This document shows, piece by piece, positions 33,685 through 46,420 of a DNA stretch of 64,000 nt. Each line of letters opens with the position of its first letter. Within the stretch, counting starts at the first letter, position 1. Origin of the DNA: Euglena gracilis (taxonomy: Eukaryota); contig CP154954.1 of the NCBI GenBank assembly GCA_039621445.1, positions 24,316,954-24,380,953 on the forward strand, in the 5' to 3' direction. A program made the translations under genes and the position numbers. The notes under the pieces are model-generated. The model had not been told where the DNA came from and did no database searches. It saw only the letters and a program-made list of their open reading frames with translations.

Positions 33685-36600
33685 CGATTGTGGTGCTGGT
33701 GGCCCGCCGACCCACATGGCTCTTTTCTCCCCTCGCTCAGTATTTTTTGGCCCCCCGGTTTCCAAGCTTTCACTGTGAGGGTGTTTCCCGGAAAGCTTTT
33801 GGCCTTTGCTCTTCGAGTCACTTGGCAGAGTGCCATATGGACCGCACACCCCCACGCCCCCCCCCCCCCTGGCTCTTGTGACACTCTTGTGACACACTTT
33901 GGGTGGAGAGAGACACAGTCCTCCCATCGCCCTGACCGCCGATCGACAAACCTTCCCCCCCTCTGTTACCTCCAACCCCTGGGTCCCCGACAACTCTGCC
34001 GACACCCCCATCGCAAATCCGTCTGTCGTGGTGTGACATTTTCTGCGAGGGTTGGATGGATTCAGGAGCTCCCACCCTACACCAAGCTCCCAGCAGGCTT
34101 TGAACTCCAACGTTTTGGTCTTTTGGTCCCGCCCCCCCCCCCCCTTTGGGACGTGCGCCATTTTCTGACATTGAGACCCAAGAGCAGACCCAATTTCGAT
34201 GTTTTCAGCTGCACCGTTTTCCAAAAAGTTGAAATTCACGGGTTTCAACACCAAGAGATGCAAAGGTTCCAAAGAATAAGCTAAAATGTCTGCGGACAGT
34301 CCCACGTTTTTGTATTAATCGCTGTGGCCGGATGGTGCTCTTCATGCCGATTGAAGCCTTTGCCTTCTTGTTGATTTGACATTCTCCATGGCATAAGTAC
34401 GTGAAGAATTGTGCACTGAGTCATAGGGAACATCCGGCATTGGAAGCTGGCCTCTGCTCAAGGAACCCCACCTGGGGACAGGCTGGGCGGCAACTGGTCC
34501 ACAATCCCCAGGGGGTCTCCCAGCAGCCTTGGTGGACGGGGAAGTCCACCAGCTTCCCAGTGAACGGTGTGAAGTGCTGGAAAGTTTTCTGACACTGACC
34601 CCGAAAACCTGACAACAATCCATTTGTTTGGCACTGGTGAAGGACCCCCCGAGGGGGGGTCAGCTTGTGGCTTTCCGGCTGCAGCCAGTTGTGTTTGCTA
34701 AGCAACAGCCTGAATGGAATGTGCAAGGCTTCGGGGGGGGGGGGGTTGAACGTGCTCCCCGCTGCAAACCTTGAAAAGAAACCGGGGGGACACCCCTGCC
34801 CCAGCTCCATGCTTACACCCCAGAGTCCAGTATTAAAAGTGCTGGTTCTTTTCATCCTTTTTTTGAATTTTCTGTGGCTTTTCACGTCATTCCATTTGTC
34901 TGAAATGATCTCTGGATCATAACGTTTTTCCCCCAACTGAAAACCCCCTTTGTAAAACACCGGTGCCTCATACAAGTGGTGTGCCATATTGCGGGATATG
35001 TTATGTTAAGGGTTTCATCTTCCCTCCTGCTGATTTTTTTTTGTTGGCAAATGACCTTGTGTTGCTGTCACATTTTTCAGAAATATTCCACGCAATAACG
35101 TGACCAAACTTGAGGTCATTGAAGGTGATTGCTCTGTTAATTTAAGAATTTAGGGCTATCTTATTGTGATTGATCTGTCCCTGGGAATGTGATGTGATTT
35201 TTCCATGGTCCTTGGGGTATGTTTTGTATTGCAGAGTGTCTCAGATGGTGGTAGGGTTCTGCATCTGTTTGTCCAACCACTGTACCGCAGGCCACCCCAT
35301 GCAGACCCACACCACTTCCCCCGATATGAGTCATCCGTCCCCCAGCGCCTTGCAGCGACGCTTGCTGCCCCCCCACATGACCGATGGTCTGTGATTGGTG
35401 GGCAGGGGCCCTGCACCTGCACCAGGGCGTCGCGAAAGCCGAGTCCCCGATGGCTGGACCCCATCTCCCCAAGGGGCTCCAGCCATCCAGCAGCCTTTTC
35501 CATCCGTGCGTGGACGCTCTCCTCCCCCATGGACGATTTTTAATTGCCTGTTCAGCCGCCCCAAGCAGGCTTCTTTTTGGCAAGTGCTAATCCCCTCCCC
35601 CCACTTATACACAGGTTTTGTGTAGTGCTGAGTTCTTTACGTGTGTGATGGTGCCATGCTGCAGCAGATGTTTGAGGCGTGTGGCAGTCAAGGCGGCCCG
35701 GCCCGGCCCGGCCCTGCCCAGTCGGGGGCCTGGCGGTCCAGCCCGGCCCGACACGACCCGGCCAGCAGCCCAGGGGGGTTGAAAAACGCTCATTTCCGGC
35801 TCAAAAAACAGTGTTTTTTTTTCCGGCCCGGGAGGCCAAAAAAAGCATGGTTGTTTTGCCCCGGAAATGACCCAAAATCCATGGGTTTCGGGCCAAAAAT
35901 GGGGGGCTGGGTGGGGGGGGGGGGTTCGGAAAAGCCCATTTTCGGCTTGAAATCAGTTTTTCCGAGTCCGCGAGACCAAAAAAAAACATGGTTTGGGGCG
36001 AAAGAATCTTTTTTTCAAATTTTTAGACTGTTTTGACCCGATTTTTTTTTGAAATGGCCTGAAAACAGAGTCAGCAGGCTAAAACAGTACAGATTTGGAG
36101 CGAAATGGGTTTGAAATGACCATGACTCGGTCTAGCCGTGGAGTTATGAGGAAAACAAAATACTGTTAGGTAGCTTCAATTTAATTCTCTGGACGCCTTG
36201 ATTTCCAAGATATTTTGGAAACATGGATTTTTTTTGGCGCCGAAAAAGCCGAAAACAGCAGAGTCGGAAGCCTGCAGCACTATTTTTGGGCCGTAAACGG
36301 TCATAACTAGGGCCAGCTGTGGAGTTACGAGGAGATTACAATGCCATCAGATAGGCAGGGTGTTCCAAGGGCTTCAATTTAGGTCTCCAGACATTTCCTT
36401 TGATTTTGCTTCATTTGTTGAAATATTTTGGAAAAATCGTTTTTTTTTTACCGAAAAAAAATTACCCCAAAGCACCCAAAATGGGCGTTTTAGGCTTCAA
36501 AAGCACGTGGGAACATGGGCTAGGTGTGTCGGCAGCCAAAACGTCGAATGGGGGGTGATAGAGGGCCTCCAGGGGTGCATTTTGTCAGACTGCCATTTCC

Positions 36601-36879
36601 GGAATTTACGTGCGTTTTCTCGAGATATTTTCGAAAAATCAAATTTTTTGACCGAAGATCTCACCCCAGCGAAATGGCAGAGTCGGAAAGGGGGGCCAAT
36701 CCTGCTCAGTTTGGACCCCTTCACGGGTGAATAACTCGGGCCTGGCGGGGAATTGAGGTGATTCGGAAAACCTTAAATCCAGTCGCTCGCGAATGAAAAA
36801 AATTCTGGGAATGGGGCCTGGGGCATGGTGATAATCTGCCAGTCCCCACCTGCCCATGGGGGGAGGGCAAGGGGGGGGG

Positions 36880-36965
36880 GTCTACCCCCCCCTTTTCCCC
36901 AGGGGTTGACTTCGCTCTAACCCATAAAGGGATACGAGCTCAGCGACCCCACCACCAACTACCCC
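36880..36965. repeat. Interspersed repeat, inverted copy of about 20575-20690
   Basis: 37-nt core tcgctgagctc.tatccctttatgggt.agagcgaag with 2 mismatches. Confidence 0.8.
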
Positions 36966-39900
36966 CCCCCTTCCCTTGGGCTGGCCAACCGAAGGATGAC
37001 CTACTAACCCCTCGGCGAAGAAAATAGAATGCGTCTGGGGAAGTTTGGTGGCTGCAACCCCCCAAACTGGTTTGGGAAATTTTTGGTTCCCATCCCAAGC
37101 ATCATTGAAATCGAAGTCGTCTTGTCAGGGTATTTTTGGGTAGTTTTTGGGTATTTTTGGGGGGGTCGGATGTTCACCAACAATTCCTTGACCTATTAGC
37201 CTCCCTCTTCGGCCGAGCAAACCAGATCCAACCAGGGGTTTATAAGTGGTGGGGTTTATAGCAGCCCCCCCCCCCCGCCGCCAAAGGGATGCCCTGACCT
37301 GCACCTGGTGATGCGCCCATCCCTCTCATGCCCCATGGTGTGCAACGCCCCTCACGCGCCTCGTGGCCTGCTGCACGCTTGCTGCTCAACGCGGGCATGC
37401 ATGTGCTCTGTCTGCAAGAGAAACTGTTATTGTGCATTGAAAGATGCTCAATCACAGACCCGGTTGGCCCCTGGGATTCATGAAAGAGGATTCAAACGTG
37501 CTCTCCCCAAACGTCAAATATTCTGCCTTGATCAAGCACCGCCTGTACAGGCACCCTGCAAAAAAGGGATTGGGGTATCAGAGTTCGGAATAGGGATTCT
37601 CTACCTCAACCTTGGCTGAGTTTTCAACATTTGCCCCCCCCCCCCCCCCCATTAACCTCCCCACTACCCGGGCAGGCCCACGGTATTTGGCTGCAACACA
37701 TTCGTATGTCTGCGTGGGGAATATACATATACATATACATACACACCTGTATTTTTTCACAGAACATGTACATATATAATATGGCAAGGATATGTATGTG
37801 TACACATATGGCAGCATCACTCGACTTGGCCCCCCAGGGGGGGGGGCAAGCGGAGTGATGCTGCTGTAGAGTAATGTGCTAACGTACGTGAGCATTCTCA
37901 GGCTCCTTGAACACTGCAACATTTTGGAGGGGCTGAAATGTCATCCGATTACTTTGATTTTGATTTTGTTTGAGAACATATTTGAAGAACAACTCAAGAC
38001 AAACATCGTATGATACATGACAAGCCTTCTGATCTGATGTGTTTTTTTTCCCGCTGAGGCGAAAGTTACAAGGTTTTTCCAACCAGTTTTCTTACCACTC
38101 TGCGAGGCTTTTGCACACTTTCCTTGCTTTTTTTTTGCAAGTACTTCTTCTTCTCCCCCCTGGCCGAAGCTTTGCATGGCTTTTCCAGCTTGACTTGCGT
38201 GAATGGAGACTTAAATTGATTTTAGCTTAACTTGCATGATTTTTTTTTGAGATTGCGTGATGGCTGCCCAGTTGACACAGCATGTGATCCCTAATTGCAG
38301 TGCCTTTTGTCTTGTTCGATGTCTCCTTCTTTCACAGCGGATGTGCGCCCAGGTCTCTCCTTTCCAGGTTGTCAGATGATTACAGATGGACTTTCAAGTG
38401 AAACGAGAGCCCCCCTCCTGAATCACGTTGAGGAGAGGAGGCCTGTGACAGGTTTAGCCACCAGGACAAGATGCAAGGCACGTTGTGCCCTGCTTCTTCT
38501 CTGGGGTCTGTCTCCCTCCGCCTGAGCTGCATGTGGCTGCTGCCATCCTTCACCCCTGGGCACCCTGGCATCTCTGATCTTTAACCAATGTACACCGACA
38601 CACATACAGCAAGCCACATTTATTACTCACAGTCCCCAAGCCACAGAATTATATTTATCCCATCTGGAATATTTATGGCGAACAGAGGAAGAACAACGGG
38701 TGTATAACAATGCGGCACAGAAACCACAGAAACTGCAATAAGACACTCAAAAACTGCCAATCATGCAACAAAAATATTATTTGTCCCCCGAGTTGGCCCT
38801 GAACAGCCCATTTCGACCCATTTTTGCCCATTTTGGCTCTATTTCACACAAAAAGCAACAAATCCATCAGCGTCCAGCCGCCCTGTGGGCGGCTTGAACA
38901 ACTCAAACTCGTCGATGGGGGGGGGGCAGTTGTGCAGGAAGGGCAGCAGAGGGTGGAGGACCAAGGCCTGAAGTTGGCATGGCACCTGTGCCATATGTCA
39001 TGGCACCTCCCACTAAAGATTTTTTTGTTTTTTTTTCCGGCCCCGGGTCGGTTCTAGTTCCGGCCAGCCTCGTCCCTCCCCCCCCCATCAACAAACTCAT
39101 ATCTTGTGCATCCACGAAGGCCGACCTTGCGCTTTCTCATCGGACACAGCAAGTAGTTCCCCGTCCTGCTTGACCCTCCCATTGGCTCACAGCCCACAGA
39201 AACCTGAGCCAGGGTGCCCCACTTCCTTCACGCAAAGCTGGTCTTGCGTGTGCATTGCGCTTTTCGCGTGCCCCTCTGCGGCTTTGTACCGGGAGGGAGG
39301 GGCCCTTGTCCATGCCTCGCCGCCGTCATTGCCGCGGAGGGCGCTGCCTTCTCTCCCCCCGCCTCTCTCGCCCGTCTGCGGCAAAAGCTGCGGCTCCTGC
39401 ACCAGAGGCGGCGGTAGGGGCGTATTTATCCCTGGAAGAGCCTCTTTTGTCCTGACAGCGCTCTGTCTCCTCATCCGTGGTCCATGTTAAAGAACTTAGA
39501 CAGCCGTTTGGGCACTCAAGGTTTTTCTGCCGATTTGGGCGCAACTGCGCGCGAGGACACGACGCGTCCGCTTGCTGTCGTTTACTGGGGTTGAAACCCC
39601 TGTCGCCGGTGACCCCTTGCTTTTGGTTGTCTTGTCGGCAGCGGTCTCTCATGGTTGGCACCCCGGCAGACCGCGGCCAAGGGACACTTTTTAACCATGT
39701 CCGCGGCTTGTCCTTCTCGGGTTTGCAACACTGGCCAGCGACTTGAAAAATAAGAAAACGATGCCCTGCCGTGCTTGAAAGCCCGGCAGCCCGCCGCCGG
39801 AGGACGGCTGAAACAAGGTCTCTCACCCCCTCGGGTCGCGCGCAACAGGAACAGGCGAGCGTACTGGACCAGTTTCCCCTTGTGTGTGTCCCACCCCAAC

Positions 39901-42900
39901 CAGCCACCTTTGGGCCCTGAATCAACCCTGTGTGGTGGACGGTGTGTGTGCGCACATGCGTGCCATTGTGTGGTGAGCTGGGGCATGTTTTCCCTGGGAA
40001 GGGAGGTGGTTGCCCCAACGCAAGAGGTGTTGACGCGCACAAGTGCGCCCCCCGGACTGAGTTGAAGAAGGCTTTGCAGGCCCCGGTGAGAGGACCTCGG
40101 GGCCCGTGACCACCCCTTCCGATGCTGGGGCATTGGCGGAAGGGTCAGCCGTCACGACAAGAGCGCCAGCCACTGCTGGTGTGTCCGCGCGTGCAGCTGT
40201 GCCCGCCTCCACACCAGGTACTCCCGTCAGAGTCGTCGCAAGCGTCGCCATCACGGGCTGCCGATCAGTAAGTTAGGCCTTCCAACTCCGGTGACAGGGG
40301 AGGGCGGAGGGGGGCAATCGCAAGCGAGTGAGGCGGTGGGATGACGCGCAAGGCGGAAGGTGGAACGCGCGCATGTGCGCACGCACCAGCCACACAAGTG
40401 CACCCAGGGGGGAAATCAGACCTGGGACTGGGGAGGGGCAAGTTCGGGCGCATGTGCGCGCCAATGCAACACCCTCTACCCCTGAAAGAAACACACCCGG
40501 CGTCTCGGCCACCCACACCACCACCTCCAGCGCCCCGTCCGGGGAGTTTACAGGCTCCATTCGCTTCTCATGCCCGTCCGAAGCACCCAAGTCGGTGACT
40601 GCGGCTATGGCTTTAGGTCCTCATGGATGAGTTATGGGCCGTGCTAAGCTAGCACAATGTCACACACGTGCCGGGGGACACACTCCGCCCTGCTAGCCGC
40701 CAACCCAAGACCGCTGGAATCCGACTCCTCCTGCCGAGGGGAGAGGGGGCTAGGGGTTGTCCCTGTTGGACATCTTTTTCCCTGAGAATCAAAAATTCAA
40801 AAAATTTCAAATTTGCCATCTCATCGATGGCAGATGTGAAATCATGCGAAGATGCAAAATCGAAGATTGAGAGCCTCTCACCTTTATTGGGTAAAAATGG
40901 ACCGGACAAATTTCTTTTGCACTGTGAGGAGGCTGTTTCCAAGTAGCAATGCCAGTTGGATCTCGGTCAATTTAACCCCGCAGAAAGAGAGGTGCGGACA
41001 GGGGAAACGAGATGCAAAATTTTGAGGAGGTGTCACTGCTTGTCTTTTGCAAAAAAACCCAAATACCATGTGGTTTCACAAAGGTTCTCAAAGGCTTTTT
41101 CGTGACGTCGGAAATTCCTACTGGGACTCTCTGAGACCGAACTCATTTGGCAGGCACCCCTGGGGTATTCTGTCTGTGCCGAGATGTTCTGCCAATCAGT
41201 GTCTATTCATCGCATCTCTCGGTTTCCAAAACCATGCTTGTTTTCAAATGCCGGAAGTTGCATCATTCCCAAGGAACAAGCAATGGGTGCTGTTCACCTG
41301 CCGCCCTGGAGACAGCTGCAGGCATCTTCAGGGACCCTGAGGGTCGGGACACCTTGCTTGCCAAGTGTTGTGATGTGTGTGCGTTGGCAGGGGTCTCAAA
41401 TAGGGCCAGCCCTGATGAAGCGGCCTGCAGGACGTATCACCGCTCTGTCTCGGCTTTCGGCCCAGGCCACAGGGTCCTGAAACAAGCCCACATTCGCGCG
41501 CAAGTGTGCACGAAGTGCTCACGTCCACGGGCGCAACACAGCATATGATAAAGACACAAGTTCTGAGCTGCTAGTGTTGGAGACCTCGAGCAAAGAGAGA
41601 CACACACCCAGCACCAAACCGCGCGCACTGTTCCGCAGTTTTTCAGCGGCCGATGTGTAATACTGCAGAAGCTGGGGGTAGAAATTTGAGTTGCCTGCAT
41701 GACAATGTTGCTCAGTTGCTGCTTCTGGGGACTCCACTGAGGCGTGTACCTACGCTTGAACAGTAGGATCGCGCGCTGCGCCCAATCTTACTGACCAAGC
41801 GTGCGCAAATGCGCCTGATTTTGAGGTCAGATGGGGTGCCCTTGCGCGCGAGGGACTGTCCCATCGTGCGCAAGTGCGCGGGATCGTGTCCTGTGCTCTG
41901 TGCAGGCTGTTCCTGCTGCTGGTGTGAAACACTGCCAGTTCCGGAACCGCGGACAACTTCGGATTTTCGGCAAAAACCCCTTAAGTGCCTATACGGCCGT
42001 CTAAGAAGAAAGGCCTGGCCCGCGTTGTCTGCCCACCTTTTTTCGACGTTTTTTTCCTGGAAAAAGTCACGGGTTCATTTGAACTTTTGCTCCAAAGTTT
42101 CCCGGGAAAATTTCTGGGTTGGTTTCCGCCTCGATTAAAACGGCCCCGTTGACCCCTATTTGTGCACTTTAGGCGTTTTGCTGGATCAGGGATTATTGGC
42201 CCTTTTGTGTCGATTCCGCTGTTGTCTAAATTTTTCCCCGAGAGTTTTCTTATTTTTGGTGCCAGCCGAAGTCGACTGCTACCCCCAGCAGTGACTGTTT
42301 CCAAAACTTTGTGTTTGTCCCCGAAAAGGCCCGATATTTCCAGAACAGCGGTTGCCTGGCTAAATGCCTGCAAAACCCGTAAACAACGTTTTTCTGAGTT
42401 GGTTTTTTGAGCCCCTTTCGCAACAGTGAGACCCCTTGCTTCTACTGGGCAGAGTGTGAGTGCATAACTTTCAAAAAGAAGTTTCACGGGAAACCGTGAA
42501 GTCAATGATGTTGACCATGAACATGATGATGTTCATGGTTTCACGTAAACGTTGATTGAAGTTTGAAAATGTTCCGGTTAATAAGGGGGTGGACGCTCTC
42601 ATTCTTGGTTCACCTGACAGCTGCCAAGCAGCTGGACACCCCCCGGTGTTCTCCCCTTGCCTCCTGGACTGTTAGGGCATTACACAGGAGCGGTACAGTT
42701 CCCACAGCTGAAGGGGTGGATATCATTGCTGTGAGAGTACCCAGGAGGAGTCTGTGTCATTTCCACAGCTCAGCTCCTGGGAGGAGAGTCAACAGCAGAC
42801 GCCAGAATGCCCCGTATTTTCCTGACAGGGTCCCAAACTGTTTTGAAACCCACTTTCCGAGTCCACCTAAAATGCCAGATAGGGGGTCTCCAAGAAGGGG

Positions 42901-44129
42901 GGAAGGGCACATTCAGTCAGGAACATGTTTTAGGTGAGAGGGTTCCGACTTAATACCCACTCGCTGCCACTGTTTGGCACCACCATGCCAATCCATTTGA
43001 TGCAACCCATTTTGGGCTCTCCTGATAAGAACCAAAACATCTGCTGCGTTCAGGGCCTGTGGAGTGGGAGGGGGCATCTCATCGGATCTCACCCCACCAG
43101 CCTGCTTTACCAGGAGAGCAACGGTTCCCCTCCTTCACGGTTAACCGCAAACAACACTCAAAGTGAGTTTTACGTGAAACCGTGAACAATGTTCGGTTGA
43201 AGAAAGTTGCTCTGTGTGTTGTTCACTCTGATGATTTCCAGTTGTCTTTTTTTGGCAATTTCCCCCCCCCTGATTGCAGCAAACAACAGCAAATGGATTT
43301 TTGATAACGTTTGATGTGCTGCACCGTTTCAGGTTCAGCGTAATTCAGCCTTTTTTCCAGAGCTTTTCAACTTCATTTCTGCGAGATGTGTTTCTCAGGG
43401 CAGTTCTCTGCACCATTGAAATGGAGTACACAAATGTATAAATAATCTTCCAGGATATTTCCTGCAGTGGGGGAGTTTAAAGGGAAATCGCATTCGACTG
43501 CAAAGGTGGGGTATCTCAATGTCCGGATGGAGCCACTGTGACCCACCAAGGGGGGAGGCATCACGTGACATCCTCTGGAGTGAGCCCTTTTAAGCGCTGT
43601 CTGGGTTGTTGTTGAGGGACCTCTCTTGGGTGTGGCATCTAAAAGAGTTGGGGGAAAGGTGGGCACTCGATACCCAGGCCAAGATGTGCTGTGGGGATTT
43701 GAGCCAGTCTGTGGCAACTGGGCACACCAACAGTAACCAGGCACAAATAATCACAAATAACCACGAATCACCACGAATTTCGTATTTTTCAAAAATCATA
43801 AATAATCACGAATATCACGCATAATCACGAATGAGATTTTTTCTTGCGAATTTTTTTTTCTTTACCACTGTTGCCCGCCCCAAAAGGCGGCGAGACAATC
43901 GCGGGCATTTTCGGAAAACTGAGCAAACCACAAAATCCACAATTTCCACAGCCAAAGAGTGGGGTTTTTAGCTCTTTTGTTTGTGGCAAACAGGCTTCTT
44001 TTTAAGACCCCCGGGGTGGGGAGAGGAGGTCCCCCCACCCACCTAGCCCGGCGCGGGACCCCCCATTCAGCATTCGGAACTTTATTTTACTTGTTCTTCT
44101 TCAGATTCTAATGGCAAATCACAATCTAC

Positions 44130-44490
44130 TGCTGCTGCTGCAGCCATGGAAGTGAAGAAGAAGGAATGGAAACGTGTGGGTAAAGATAACCTGTGCTTGA
44201 CCCACAAAATGTTCTGAACGCGCGGCCCAGTTGGGAGAATTACAAGGTATCTTTTCCAATGAGAATGCGACGATTGTTTCTATTTCCACACTAGGACCTC
44301 TTTGATTCTGAAGGGGAATTGGAAGCTGATGATGCCGATGATCTAGTGAAACTAGGAAGCAAAGGACTTTGTCTCCCAAGGCCGATTGGGCAAGATATAC
44401 AGCTATGAGCTCTCACACTGTGCAGTCCTTGGCAGACATTGCCCCATTTTGGAATGCGAGGTGTCCATATATGTCAATAAATTGGAATTC
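44130..44490 (-). pseudogene. Possible retroelement RNase H remnant
   Basis: DCTV*ELIAVYLAQSALGDKVLCFLVSLD resembles the RNase H AEL-x-A-x3-AL...D segment. Contains a stop. Confidence 0.3.
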
Positions 44491-45008
44491 CACCCCTTTT
44501 TCTTCAGGGGTGGTCCGCTGGCAGAGGCTATTGCGCCATATCTCTAGTATCCCGTGACTTCAGCCGCCGTGGAAAGATCTTTCAGCCTGTCAGAACTGGA
44601 TTTATTTTTTGTCTTGTTGTTTGGATGCATTGAAGGTTGCTTATTTTGCGCATACGGTGTATGCACATGGGGTGTGGAACAAAGGGAAGCCCACCCTTGG
44701 CTCGTGGACGCCAAGAACCGCCAGAAAGCTGGTAAGGCATTGTGGCAGGCCGCTATCGTTCTGGTTTGTAACGGTGACACTGAGCGCCGCTTCACTGTTG
44801 CGTAACTAGACTGGCCGCAGGCGGCTTCGCTTTCTGCTTTTGTGATGCCTCATGTTTCCAGCCGGGGTTTGTGTAGGCAATGGAACCCTCACACAAGGAT
44901 GATGCACAGGTGCAATGTTTTTTTTTATGTCAAAAAGTATTGTTCTTCCTGCCGCCATCCTAGCACTCCGTCATTTAGCTGAAAACCGGGCAAATTTTTG
45001 GCACCACA

Positions 45009-45092
45009 AATAATCGCGAATAATCACGAATAATCACGAATAATCACGAATAATCACAAATAATCACGAAATAATCACGAATAATCACGAAT
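45009..45092. repeat. (AATAATCACG)n tandem array
   Basis: About 8 copies. A matching array lies at about 43746-43832. Confidence 0.9.
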
Positions 45093-46303
45093 GAGAAAGA
45101 TGGCGGTCCCAACCACGAATGGGAGGGAAACCCTGCAGTAACAAGGTTTCTGTGCCCAGAGTTGATTCCATTCTCCAATCTGTGGAGCTTTCAGTTTACG
45201 GGAACCCGTGAAGATGTTTTCAAGTCACCCCAGCCAGTGTTTTTGGGGAACACTGCCACAGCTTGGCACCAGCACCATACCGACATGGGCAACATGGGTT
45301 ATGTTCTGTTCCAACAGAACATAGGGACCATGGCAAGAAGGGATACACTGCCCACACCAAATAATTTTGAAAAGCAATTTTACGGAAAACCGTGAGTATG
45401 TTCAGTCGCTGCATTGGACATATGTTAAGGTTGGGACAAAAAGGCCACCAGTCTGACTCCAGGGGTTGGGTACAAGGTTCAGGTCCCATTCACAAACAAG
45501 AGGGGTGCGGCAGAAGTTTACAGGAAACCGTAAACCACTTCACGTTCACGGTTTTCCGTAAACTCCTGTTTTTGCATGTTTACGGAAAACCGTAAGTCAC
45601 CTTCGCCGCACAACCTTGGTTTGGGGCTCCCAAACGTTCATGGGAACCTGTACATTGTCGGAGGGGTGTATTAATACCAGAACTATTTCGGAACACCCCG
45701 GGACCCACAAATTTCCCGGGATTTTTTTCAGGGCAAAATCTGATATATCGGGCCAAATCGGGCGTTTTTCGGGTGAGCAGACAACGTGGGCTAGGAAAGG
45801 GCCGGGAATTGAAAAAGACTGCATACTTTAGGCTGTCAAGCTTTCATTTACACTTTTCTGTGTTTCTTTGCGCAATTTTGCAAAGGGAAACAGTTTTTTT
45901 GGGGGGGTTTGGGTTCAGGGTTTTGAATGTACACTGGCATCCATGTGTGGATATTCACCAGGAGTTTTCTTAAGCCGGAGGGGACCCCATCCCCCGGGGG
46001 GGGGGCAGCCAGCCAGCAGATCAATTCCAGCCAGCAGCACAAATTCGGGATGGGAGCCCCCCTGAAATAAAGTTGGGTCCAGCCCTTCCGGAAGCCGGGC
46101 CAGCCGGCCGAAGGCCAGTCCTGCCAGCCGCAAGCTGGCCAGCCAACTGGGCTGCCCAGCTCACCTATCCCTGCGTTTTTTCCTCTCATCACAGCTTCCT
46201 CCATCACAGCCCTCCACGCTTGATCTTGCTCCATCCATCAAAATGTCGAGAAGGCAACAATGTTGTTAGAATTTTTTTTTCATCGATCCAGCCCAGCCCA
46301 GCC

Positions 46304-46420
46304 CAGGGTTTGATATAAGGAGGGCGTACATGGCTTAGGTGGGGGGTGTCCCCCCACCCCCCCTCCTGGCCCGCAGGGGGGGTCTGGACCACCCCCCACC
46401 TGTCCTTATATCGAACCCTG
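46304..46420. mobile_element. hAT-like MITE, family C (117 bp)
   Basis: TIRs cagggtttgatataagg / ccttatatcgaaccctg with a perfect TSD gcccagcc. The same right end occurs at about 5510-5540. Confidence 0.85.

Noticed and set aside
34421-34987. 188-aa minus-strand ORF as a gene or transposase
   Set aside because: No recognisable motif, and it lacks the GC3 bias of the true exons.
40660-43190. Decayed retroelement coding region
   Set aside because: Frames are broken and I found no reverse transcriptase or endonuclease motif I could name.
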